Assembly: GCA_016206155.1 (NCBI GenBank)
Contig: JACQSC010000002.1
Location: forward strand, 15,473-79,472
Length of the DNA stretch: 64,000 nucleotides
Reading direction: 5' to 3'
Origin: Candidatus Uhrbacteria bacterium
GTDB taxonomy: Bacteria; Patescibacteriota; Patescibacteriia; JACQRZ01
Below the pieces are notes generated by a model that did no database searches, was not told the origin of the DNA, and saw only the letters and a list, made by a program, of their open reading frames with translations. The position numbers and the translations under genes were made by a program. This document shows, piece by piece, positions 42,044-50,648 of this stretch (position 1 is its first letter; each line of letters begins with the position of its first letter).

Positions 42044-43000
42044 TCAATGGGTCTGCTGTACCAGAAACGAAATGCACTCGCTCAAACTTGCGTCCCAGTC
42101 GTGGATCGCCACGCCGAACGTATGTTGAATTTTTTTTGTTGAAAGGACGCTATATGCCGGACGTGTGACCTTGGTTGGATATTCCGATGCGGGAATGGGC
42201 TTGATCTCGCATGACAACCCTGCCAAGTCACGGATCTTCTGCGCGAACTCAAACCAGGTGACCTCCCCGTCGTTTGCGTAATGGTATATACCGAAAGGAA
42301 ATGGGGTCTGGCTCTGTGGGGAAAACGGTGTCTGGTTCGTTTTCGCTTGCAAAAATGCACCTGACACCATTTTCCATGTGCCTGACTCCATTTTCGTGAT
42401 CATCGCAATGAGCGCGCCGGCAAGATCGCGGGCGTAGGTCGGACTCCCATACTGGTCTGCGACAACGGGTAATGACTCCTGCTCCTCGCAAAGACGCACT
42501 ATCGTTTTAACAAAATTACTGCCGTACGACGAATAGAGCCAAGAGGTGCGGACAATAAAACTTTTAGGGCATACTTCTTGAACCGCCAACTCCCCTTCAT
42601 ATTTTGATCGTGCGTATGCTCCCAGCGGATGCGGCTCATCATCTTCGGTGTATGGCACGGTTTTTTTCCCATCGAACACAAAGTCGGTCGAGATATGGAA
42701 AAGAATCGTGCTATTCTTTGCGCATGAGCGTGCGATGTTCTCAGCGCCCAGTACATTGACTGCGTGCGCAAGCGATTGTTCATCCTCCGCTTTTTCAACG
42801 TTCGTGTATGCGGCAGTGTTGATGCAATAATCTGGTTTGTGTTCATCAAAAAATTTCAGCACGGCATCCGCGTCAGTAATATCAAGCTCGTCGCGATCAA
42901 CAAAAGTAAAAATGTCATCCCGGCGCAGGCCGGGATCCAGACAAATTTTTTTTAGCTCTGACCCGAGCTGTCCATTTGCGCCGGTGACAAGGAGTCTCAT
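42044..43000 (-). CDS. rfbD: dTDP-4-dehydrorhamnose reductase
   Basis: TGANGQLG, STDFVFDG, YARSK, DQYGSPT, RPAYSVL. Confidence 0.95.
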   Translation of the reverse strand: MRLLVTGANGQLGSELKKICLDPGLRRDDIFTFVDRDELDITDADAVLKFFDEHKPDYCINTAAYTNVEKAEDEQSLAHAVNVLGAENIARSCAKNSTILFHISTDFVFDGKKTVPYTEDDEPHPLGAYARSKYEGELAVQEVCPKSFIVRTSWLYSSYGSNFVKTIVRLCEEQESLPVVADQYGSPTYARDLAGALIAMITKMESGTWKMVSGAFLQAKTNQTPFSPQSQTPFPFGIYHYANDGEVTWFEFAQKIRDLAGLSCEIKPIPASEYPTKVTRPAYSVLSTKKIQHTFGVAIHDWDASLSECISFLVQQTH

Positions 43001-43533
43001 AGTTCTGCCAATGTTTTCCACGCGAGATCTTTTTCCGCGACAATGATTTCCTCGCGAGGCAAGCGCCAATCGATGGCAAGCGTTGGGTCGTCAAAGCTAA
43101 TACCACTTTCACTTTCCTTGTTATAGTAGTTGCTGCATTTGTAAAAAAACTCTGCTCCCTCGCGGCTCAATACCAGAAACCCGTGGCAGAATCCCACGGG
43201 CGCAAAAAGCTGTTTTTTATTTTCTGCCGAAAGCTCAACCGCGACATGATTTCCGTATGTCGGCGAGTCCTTTCGAATATCGACAACAACATCAAGGACA
43301 ACACCGGACAATACCCGAACAAGTTTTGCTTGTGCGTGCGGTTCACGCTGAAAATGCATTCCGCGCAAAATCCCGTACTTCGACCACGATTGATTTTCTT
43401 GCACGAAATGAACGCCTGCTTTTTGAAAAAATTCGTCTTCAAGAAATGACTCAAAAAAATACCCGCGCGCGTCCTGAAAAATCTGGGGCTCAATAATCAA
43501 TACTCCGTGAATTGAGGTTTTTGTGTAGGTCAT
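42997..43533 (-). CDS. rfbC: dTDP-4-dehydrorhamnose 3,5-epimerase
   Basis: DARGYFFE, LRGMHFQ, QAKLVRV, GFCHGF. Confidence 0.96.
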   Translation of the reverse strand: MTYTKTSIHGVLIIEPQIFQDARGYFFESFLEDEFFQKAGVHFVQENQSWSKYGILRGMHFQREPHAQAKLVRVLSGVVLDVVVDIRKDSPTYGNHVAVELSAENKKQLFAPVGFCHGFLVLSREGAEFFYKCSNYYNKESESGISFDDPTLAIDWRLPREEIIVAEKDLAWKTLAEL

Positions 43534-43534
43534 A

Positions 43535-43816
43535 CTACACCAGTGCTCCGAATCGTTTATATATTTTGTCACGGGGCCCAATTGCTCGAATAGTCAACGT
43601 TCTCATTTCTGTCTCGACTGTGTAAATGACCCGTGCGTCCCCTATTCGTAATTTAAAATATCCGCGCAATACATTACTTAATGGAAGCGGGAGTGTTCTA
43701 TCGAAATTTTCCTCGAGCCATTCAAATTTTTCAATAATGCGATCCTGTATTCGCTCGTCAAATTTTTTGAGATCATCTTCTGCCCCATCAATGAAAACAA
43801 TACTCCATAAAGGCAT
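43535..43816 (-). CDS. RelE/ParE family toxin
   Basis: LRGYFKLRIGDARVIY, IGPRDKIY. Confidence 0.88.
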   Translation of the reverse strand: MPLWSIVFIDGAEDDLKKFDERIQDRIIEKFEWLEENFDRTLPLPLSNVLRGYFKLRIGDARVIYTVETEMRTLTIRAIGPRDKIYKRFGALV

Positions 43817-43817
43817 A

Positions 43818-44030
43818 CTATGCTGTCCTTGCTTTTAGTCGCCTTTTTACTTCTCTGAGAGAAATGGTTTTTTGGGGCTTCTTTGCAAGACGTTTTTGAA
43901 CCCATGGCTGCAGTTCACAAAAATATTCCTGGTCCATCAAAATTTCGCGCATCGTACTTGCAACGGTTTCCGCAACGGTCACTTGAATTTTTTTTGTCAG
44001 AGTCGCAGGATCTAATTGAAGCGAGGGCAT
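43818..44030 (-). CDS. Putative antitoxin
   Basis: Small ORF directly upstream of RelE with an ISLREVKRRL tail. Confidence 0.65.
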   Translation of the reverse strand: MPSLQLDPATLTKKIQVTVAETVASTMREILMDQEYFCELQPWVQKRLAKKPQKTISLREVKRRLKARTA

Positions 44031-44080
44031 AAAAATGCATGATAAGTATACAATTACTCTATCGAATTGTTGTAAAAATG

Positions 44081-45166
44081 TCAAAACGATGTACAAGACG
44101 CATACATAGGTAACACTTTTGATAGTTCAAGAGGTGGTTTGTAGTTCAGCGATTGATGAGGGCGTCTGAAGTTGTACTCAATCAGCCATTCAGTCAGATC
44201 TCTGTTAAAGATCAATGGGTCAGGATCGAACCCCTTCATCTCAATGAACTCTTCCTGCAGAGTTCTGTTGAATCGTTCATTGTTCGGATTGTCTTTTGGC
44301 GTGTGTACTCTGCTGTAGTATTGTTCAATGCCGAGTTCCAGGCACGCGGCCTTAAAGTATTTCTCAAACTCTGTTCCATTGTCGTGGCCGACTCGTGGAA
44401 TCTGTCCGTCAAGGAGGTAGTGGAGGCGCAGTAGAAAATCCTCACCATTCTTTGAGCTCTTGGACGTGTACATTCGCGCAAAGGCCACCTTGCCATACTT
44501 GTCGACAGCCGTGAAGATATATCGTTTCAATCCATGCCAGTATATCACGATCGTATCAAGGCAGATAATGTAGCCGGCTCTTTTCTGCCAGGGCAGGATG
44601 TTCTTCACAAGATCAATGGTCTTTTTCTTTTTCTGTGCTTTTCTTCGTTTTGCTTGTATTCTCTTGTTTTTTGAGGGTTTGTAGTAGAGCTTGAAGTCTG
44701 TAATAACGCACTGGATTTTCCATGAAGAAATTGTCTCTCCATAGGTTTGCTCATAGATTTCTTTGAGCTTCATTTTGCCATAGCGCATGTTGGACTTTCT
44801 GGGGGCTATGATACGTTCTAAAACGTCTGGGGCGATTGTACGGCCTCGTTTTTTCCTTGGAGAGCGTGATTTGTCCTCAAGGAGGTGGAGAGTGTAGAGA
44901 TTTCGCTCGTCAAAGAGTTTGAACCATTTGTAGAAGGTTTTTCCCGGGATGCCAAAGTGCCGGCAGGCTAATGAGGCGTTTCCCTCGTGTTCGTAGTACC
45001 AGATGATCCAGTCAAGGCGCTGTTTTGCTTTCTTTGAAACCTTGAGGATGTCTGCGACGCGTCTCCAGCGCTCATATTTGTCCAAAAGAGTATGGCGGTA
45101 GTAAGGGAAGTGCTTGAAAAGATCTTCAAGGCGCAATTTCTCTGGGGTATGGTATGCTGTTTGCAT
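44081..45166 (-). CDS. IS481-like DDE transposase
   Basis: HTH (ACRHFGI..KTFYKW), CLDT, FTAVD, DNGTEF, ERFNRTLQEE, YNFRRPHQSL. Confidence 0.9.
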   Translation of the reverse strand: MQTAYHTPEKLRLEDLFKHFPYYRHTLLDKYERWRRVADILKVSKKAKQRLDWIIWYYEHEGNASLACRHFGIPGKTFYKWFKLFDERNLYTLHLLEDKSRSPRKKRGRTIAPDVLERIIAPRKSNMRYGKMKLKEIYEQTYGETISSWKIQCVITDFKLYYKPSKNKRIQAKRRKAQKKKKTIDLVKNILPWQKRAGYIICLDTIVIYWHGLKRYIFTAVDKYGKVAFARMYTSKSSKNGEDFLLRLHYLLDGQIPRVGHDNGTEFEKYFKAACLELGIEQYYSRVHTPKDNPNNERFNRTLQEEFIEMKGFDPDPLIFNRDLTEWLIEYNFRRPHQSLNYKPPLELSKVLPMYASCTSF

Positions 45167-45256
45167 AGATGAGATGCATTATGGTAACTTAGGCTCCCTT
45201 TATTGTACCACTTCGTGGCACATCAAGGGTGTTACCGATGTATCTCATCTTTTGCA
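44090..45256 (-). mobile_element. IS481-like insertion sequence
   Basis: Imperfect IRs TGTACAAGACGCATACATAGGTAACAC and GTGTTACCGATGTATCTCATCTTTTGCA; no TSD seen. Confidence 0.75.
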
Positions 45257-45331
45257 GTCTTTGTACAACGGTATTGCGTATTTCGAATGAGTTTGATATA
45301 TTTACATAGTACATAATCGAACTTCGATTCT

Positions 45332-46090
45332 ATGTTGATAAAAGAAAAAGAGAAAAGGCAGGCCATTTTACTAAGAAAGCGGGGTAAAAGTTATAGCGAA
45401 ATACAAAAAGTAGTTGGCGTCTCTATGTCAAGTATAAGTTTGTGGTTGCGAAATGTTCCGCTCAGTAAGAGGCAAAAAGATCGTTTATTTCGATTAAAAG
45501 TGCGGGGGGCAAAAAATGGGGGTGGCAAAAAAAAGCACCTTCAGAGATTGTATGAATCAAAAAAAATTATAAGGTCGGCCTGGGATGAATTTCCTAAAAA
45601 AATTTCGAGTCCACTATTTTTATTAGGTGTTTCCCTTTACTGGGCGGAGGGATCAAAAGCGGACGAAAAAATGTCTCTAAGCAATTCTGATCACCTTATG
45701 ATAGAATGCTTTATGAAGTGGTTAAGAGAGGTATGCGATGTTCCTGAAAAAAAGGTGCGCGTTCATCTTCATATTCACTCGCTCCACTCAAAAAAAGGTA
45801 TAGAAAAATATTGGTCCCGCATCACACACATTCCCTTAAATCAGTTTATAAAGACCTATGTAAAAACGACTTCACTGGGACACAGAAAAAACATACTCTA
45901 TAATGGTACTTGTACTGTCAATGTCCATGATGTAACATTGTATCGAAAAATGATTGGGTGGCAATTGGGCTTACTGGAATATTTGAACCTTATTTCCCCG
46001 TCAGAGAATGAAAAAAATTGTATCATCGACCGCATCATAAAAAAAAGAACAATGAAACAGATAGCGAGCACTCTAATTGTGCGCCCATAG
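45332..46090 (+). CDS. HTH plus LAGLIDADG-like (LYWAEG) protein
   Basis: LRKRGKSYSEI..VS.SSISLW HTH, LGVSLYWAEG, SNSD, YWS; stop codon lies inside tRNA-Arg. Confidence 0.75.
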   Translation: MLIKEKEKRQAILLRKRGKSYSEIQKVVGVSMSSISLWLRNVPLSKRQKDRLFRLKVRGAKNGGGKKKHLQRLYESKKIIRSAWDEFPKKISSPLFLLGVSLYWAEGSKADEKMSLSNSDHLMIECFMKWLREVCDVPEKKVRVHLHIHSLHSKKGIEKYWSRITHIPLNQFIKTYVKTTSLGHRKNILYNGTCTVNVHDVTLYRKMIGWQLGLLEYLNLISPSENEKNCIIDRIIKKRTMKQIASTLIVRP

Positions 46091-46152
46091 CTCAAGGGAT
46101 AGAGCATTAGCCTTCTAAGCTAAGTATCTAGGTTCGAGTCCTAGTGGGCGCA
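46081..46152 (+). tRNA. tRNA-Arg(TCT)
   Basis: GCGCCCA...TGGGCGCA, TTAGC-CTTCTAA-GCTAA. Confidence 0.95.
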
Positions 46153-46167
46153 AATACTATAACGTCT

Positions 46168-46521
46168 ATGCAAACAACAGTCCTTGTCATCATCGCAATC
46201 GCAAGCGGCGCAATCGGGAATCTTCTCATTAAACTCTCTGCGAAAGATATTCCCCAGAGCATCACGCTTGAGGCCTTTGGTAAAATGGCGACAAACCCAA
46301 CACTCCTCCTTGGGATCCTTTTTCTTGCCGGAAGCTTTCCGGTATATGCGATGGTGCTTCAACGCCTTCCCTTGAGTTTCGGATTCCCGCTCGTGCAAAA
46401 CCTCGCATTCGTCACGCTCCTTGTCCTGTCGTATTTCTTCTTGCGCGAACAATTGACCTTCATCAATTTTCTTGGTATACTCCTTCTCATTGTCGGGCTT
46501 TTCTTGGCGGCGGCAAAGTAA
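46168..46521 (+). CDS. Small 4-TM SMR/EamA-like membrane protein
   Basis: LPLSFGFP, FFLREQLT..N.LGILL. Confidence 0.75.
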   Translation: MQTTVLVIIAIASGAIGNLLIKLSAKDIPQSITLEAFGKMATNPTLLLGILFLAGSFPVYAMVLQRLPLSFGFPLVQNLAFVTLLVLSYFFLREQLTFINFLGILLLIVGLFLAAAK

Positions 46522-46529
46522 AAATTTAT

Positions 46530-46605
46530 GGTGGGCGTAGTGTAACGGTTCGCACACGACTCTGTGAAAGTCGGAGTGGGAGTTCAAGTCTCCTCGCTCA
46601 CCCCA
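46530..46605 (+). tRNA. tRNA-His(GTG)
   Basis: G-1 present, CGACT-CTGTGAA-AGTCG, CCA end. Confidence 0.92.
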
Positions 46606-46679
46606 TGAAATCATCTCCCTCGCGGGAGGTGTTTTTATTTATGCCGTCAGGTATACTGCTTATATTATTATGCTTTTTT

Positions 46680-47549
46680 ATGCTTTGGTTTCCCTTTGCA
46701 CTCTTTAGCGCCGTCATTCTTGCTTCGCGGCGCACCTACGAAAAGAATCTTACGAACTCCTTTGGAAACTTTTCCATGGGATTTATTGTACAGTCCTTTT
46801 CGCTATTGCCGACACTCGTACTCTTTTTCTTTTTCCCTATTCCTGATGACTTCCTGCATCTACCTTGGCAATTCTGGTGGCCGCTTTTGATTATCTGGTT
46901 TGTTCTCTATCCTATTCAAACGTACTTCTTGTACCGCGGGCTCCGTGAGGGAGAACTTTCTCAAACCGTTCCGATCATGGCTCTCATGCCCGTCTTTAAC
47001 TTGGCTTCATCGTTTCTGTTGCTTGGCGAGCGCCCCTCGCTTATGGGGATGGTCGGCATTGGGATCATTGTTCTGGGAACCTATCTTCTCCTTATGGAGG
47101 GCACACAAAAGGAACACGGAAAGCGCTACAATAAAGCGGTGATGTATACAATCATCGCGACATTCTGCGTTGCAATAGGATCGACGCTTGATAAAATTTC
47201 AATCAATGTATCAACGCCGGTCTTTTACAGTTTTATGAATACGCTTGGTGCGTCGGTTGTCTTTCTTGTTCTGATGAATATCTATCGTCAGCGCGATGAT
47301 ATCCCAAAGATGCTTCAACGATTCTGGCCATTTACGATCCTTGGCATCTTTCAGGCGCTTCTCTATACGGCAAAAATGCTCGCCTTCTCCTTCGGACCAA
47401 CTTCCTATGTTGTTGCGGTTCTCTCGTCAAGCTTTCTTTTTGCCGCGCTCTTTGGTATCATCTTTTTGAAAGAGAAATGCACAATACGCAAAATGTCATC
47501 CTTTGGACTATTTGTTTTTGGAATTATTTTGATTACGGTCACCCGTTAA
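46680..47549 (+). CDS. DMT/EamA family transporter
   Basis: About 10 TM helices, ELSQTVP, LLGE, IFLKE. Confidence 0.85.
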   Translation: MLWFPFALFSAVILASRRTYEKNLTNSFGNFSMGFIVQSFSLLPTLVLFFFFPIPDDFLHLPWQFWWPLLIIWFVLYPIQTYFLYRGLREGELSQTVPIMALMPVFNLASSFLLLGERPSLMGMVGIGIIVLGTYLLLMEGTQKEHGKRYNKAVMYTIIATFCVAIGSTLDKISINVSTPVFYSFMNTLGASVVFLVLMNIYRQRDDIPKMLQRFWPFTILGIFQALLYTAKMLAFSFGPTSYVVAVLSSSFLFAALFGIIFLKEKCTIRKMSSFGLFVFGIILITVTR

Positions 47550-47600
47550 GACACTGTAACAAAAATCATACTATTCCCCAATTTTCTGAATTTTGATGTA

Positions 47601-47701
47601 TGCGGCAATCGGGATTTGAACCCGAATAGCCCCCGTTTCCTCAACTGACCACCTCCCCCAGTGAGGCATTAAAGGGGCATTCTGCCTTGAATCATTGCCG
47701 C
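47601..47701 (-). ncRNA. tRNA-like RNA with a 38-nt anticodon loop
   Basis: GCGGCAA/TTGCCGC acceptor stem, ATTC/GAAT D-stem, TCGGG-TTCAAAT-CCCGA T-arm; CCCCT/GGGGG stem encloses 38 nt. Confidence 0.75.
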
Positions 47702-47769
47702 TTTATTCGTGTCTATGATAGTAAGACGCAACAAGAGACGAAAATGTTACACCGTGCTATACTCTTGGC

Positions 47770-48467
47770 ATGACCGACGAAGAGAAGAAACAATCAGATA
47801 AAGCAAAACTTTTTATCGCGCAGCATAAAGCGCTGCTCATTCAGATATTTGCAGATCCAGCGATGTATATTGCAGATGCTCGGCCTGTTTCGCTGTTCAT
47901 GGCAGGATCGCCGGCGCAGGAAAGACAGAGATTTCCAAAAGGTTGACCAAGAGATTTCAAGTCAAACCGGTTCGTATTGATGCAGATGATATTCGTGAAT
48001 TTGTTCCCTGATATACCGGCGAGAATTCATTCATTTTTCAAGCGGCCGCAACTCGTGGCATTCACATTCTCTATGATCACGTTTTAAAATATCATTTTAA
48101 TGTCATTCTCGATGCAACGTTTGCATATAATGAAGCGCTCGTGAATGTGGAACGCTCATTAAAGCGGGATAGAAAAGTTGAAATTTATTACATCTACCAA
48201 AATCCTCAAATTGCATGGGAGCTCACGAAAAAACGCGAGGCAGTTGAGCACCGTTTTGTATCTCGAGAGGTGTTTATCAATGCTTTTGTCGCATCTCGTG
48301 CAAATGCCAACCAGGCGAAGAGAGCTTTTAAGAATTCTATCGAACTAAATCTTATCATCAAGGACGTTCGGCAAAATACCGAGCAAATTTTTTCAGATAT
48401 TTCTTTAGTTGACGATTATCTGCCAAGAATATATACTAAGGATGAACTAGAGAAAATTGTTCTATGA
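47770..48467 (+). pseudogene. Zeta-toxin-like P-loop kinase, disrupted
   Basis: 1-nt deletion in the MAGSP(G)AGKTE Walker A (about 47912) and in-frame TGA at 48009; RIDADDIR and LDATF motifs. Confidence 0.75.
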
Positions 48468-48652
48468 TAAAAAATCTACTACAATCACTAAAGGGAGGAA
48501 AAAAAGTAAAGAGCGATTTTTCAACTTTTTTCCGTGAAGCGTCCCGGGAGCAAAAAGAAAAGCTCCTTCTTGAAGTTGCCCATGAGGCAAATCAAGATCA
48601 GCGCCAGATTCTTGAACGCTACGATAAATTGCAGGCGAAGAACACTTCCTGA
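48464..48652 (+). CDS. Small helical partner of the zeta-toxin-like gene
   Basis: ATGA overlap; SDFSTFFREAS.EQKEK...AHEANQDQ. Confidence 0.6.
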   Translation: MIKNLLQSLKGGKKVKSDFSTFFREASREQKEKLLLEVAHEANQDQRQILERYDKLQAKNTS

Positions 48653-48863
48653 CATACCTGTAACAAAATGCCGGCCTTTTACGTCTTATATTGAATGAGG
48701 ATGAGATCCTCATTTTTTAATCTCTATGCCCCGCACTTAACTCTGATTGGTGCCATGGAATCTCCACATTTATGATCACGATTAACAACTATAATTCATC
48801 ATTACTCGCTTCGTCTTCCTGTTCGTGTCACAGCATGAGGATAATCGGAGTTAAGTGCGGGGT

Positions 48864-50627
48864 ATGACTGTTACCAAAAAAGACATTCTGAAAATCTATT
48901 GGCGCGCGTGCCGCAATCACAAGCCTTCGCTATTCCTGGCCGTGCTTGGCGTTGTCAGCGGAGCCGTCGTATGGATTATCTATCCAATCTACTACAAGGA
49001 GCTCTTTGATCTTCTTGCGCAGTCAGAATCCCCGGATACGCTCTATCCGCAACTCATGCATATTTTTTTCACCCTTCTCTCCGTGTCAATTCTGGCCTGG
49101 ACGCTTCATCGCATCGCTGATTTTGGCAACAACGTCTTCCAAACAAGCGTAAAAGCGGATCTCAAAGAACACGCCTTTAGCGCGCTTCTTCATCATTCAT
49201 ACGCCTTCTTCGCCAACTCATTTGCGGGAGCGCTTGTTCGCCGCGTTCATCGACTTTCCTCAGATGGTTTTGAAGTCTTTGCCGATCGCATGCTCTGGAC
49301 GCTTCTTCCCCTTGCTGTGCAGCTTGCCGGCATTGCGATTGTTTTGTCTCTCAATCTTCCTGTCTTTGCTGTTGCGTTTATCGTCTGGTTTGTGATTTTC
49401 GCCGCAGTCCAAACTTCACTCTCAATCTGGAAGATGCGCTACGACAAAATCCGCGCGGAACGTGATACGGAAAGCACCGCGATTCTTTCTGACGCGCTTG
49501 CCAACCATACGACCATCCAGCTCTTTGCCCGCAAAAAATATGAGTTCAAAAAATTTCGAGAGATCAATCAATCACTACGAAGCATGATGCTCTTTACCTG
49601 GAATCTGAGTGCGATAATCGATGCGGTTCAATTCATCCTCTTCATGGTCATTGAATTTGTCGTACTCTATCTTGCGCTTGGCGCGTGGCGAGACGGGTCA
49701 ATCACGATTGGAACGTTCGTCCTTGTCCAATCCTATATGATCCAGATTTTTGGGCGGTTGTGGGATTTTGGCAGAGCGGTGCGCAGCATCTTTACAAGCT
49801 TCGCCGATGCAAAAGAGATGGTTGAAATAATGCTCAAGCCAGTTGACGTCACGGACACGCCAGGAGCAAAAACCCTTCACGTCATGCATGGCGAAATTGT
49901 CTTTGATCGCGTTTCATTCTCCTACCAAAAAACACGGCGGGTACTCAACGCATTCAGCGGCACCATTCGGGCCGGCGAGCGAGTCGCCCTTGTCGGCCAT
50001 TCCGGCGCGGGGAAATCAACAATTGTGAAGCTCCTGCTCCGTCTTCACGATCTTGAGAGCGGGAAAATACTGATTGACGGACAACATATCCAGAAAGTAA
50101 CTCAAGACAGTCTTCGCGCATCAGTTGCCTTTGTCCCCCAAGAACCGCTTCTGTTCCATCGGACGCTTATGGAAAACATCCGCTACGGCCGCCCTGATGC
50201 GACCGATGATGGGGTCGTCAGGGCTTCGCGCTTGGCGCACTGTGATGAATTTATTCATGATCTTCCGGAACGCTATGACACGCTCGTTGGTGAACGTGGC
50301 ATCAAACTCTCTGGTGGCGAACGCCAACGCATCGCGATTGCGCGAGCGATCTTAAAAAACGCCCCCATCCTCGTTCTTGACGAAGCGACTTCAAGTCTGG
50401 ACTCAGAGTCGGAGATGATGATTCAAGATGCGCTTGCGGCATTGATGAAAAACAAAACAACAATCGCCATTGCGCACCGCCTCTCGACGATCAAACAGAT
50501 GGATCGTATCCTGGTCATTGATGAAGGCAAACTCATAGAAGAAGGCGCGCACGAAGAGCTGATTAAAAAGCGGGGAAGCCTCTATGGGAAGCTATGGAAA
50601 CTTCAGTCCGGTGGATTTCTTGCATAG
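48864..50627 (+). CDS. ABC exporter, fused permease and ATPase
   Basis: TM domain, GHSGAGKST, LSGGERQR, LDEATS. Confidence 0.93.
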   Translation: MTVTKKDILKIYWRACRNHKPSLFLAVLGVVSGAVVWIIYPIYYKELFDLLAQSESPDTLYPQLMHIFFTLLSVSILAWTLHRIADFGNNVFQTSVKADLKEHAFSALLHHSYAFFANSFAGALVRRVHRLSSDGFEVFADRMLWTLLPLAVQLAGIAIVLSLNLPVFAVAFIVWFVIFAAVQTSLSIWKMRYDKIRAERDTESTAILSDALANHTTIQLFARKKYEFKKFREINQSLRSMMLFTWNLSAIIDAVQFILFMVIEFVVLYLALGAWRDGSITIGTFVLVQSYMIQIFGRLWDFGRAVRSIFTSFADAKEMVEIMLKPVDVTDTPGAKTLHVMHGEIVFDRVSFSYQKTRRVLNAFSGTIRAGERVALVGHSGAGKSTIVKLLLRLHDLESGKILIDGQHIQKVTQDSLRASVAFVPQEPLLFHRTLMENIRYGRPDATDDGVVRASRLAHCDEFIHDLPERYDTLVGERGIKLSGGERQRIAIARAILKNAPILVLDEATSSLDSESEMMIQDALAALMKNKTTIAIAHRLSTIKQMDRILVIDEGKLIEEGAHEELIKKRGSLYGKLWKLQSGGFLA

Positions 50628-50648
50628 AATGTGATATACAGTGAGTAT

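Noticed and set aside
48009-48011. TGA at an expected Gly codon, suggesting genetic code 25
   Set aside because: manB, trpS, htpX and ruvB end in TGA and long genes have no internal TGA; the same gene also has a frameshift.
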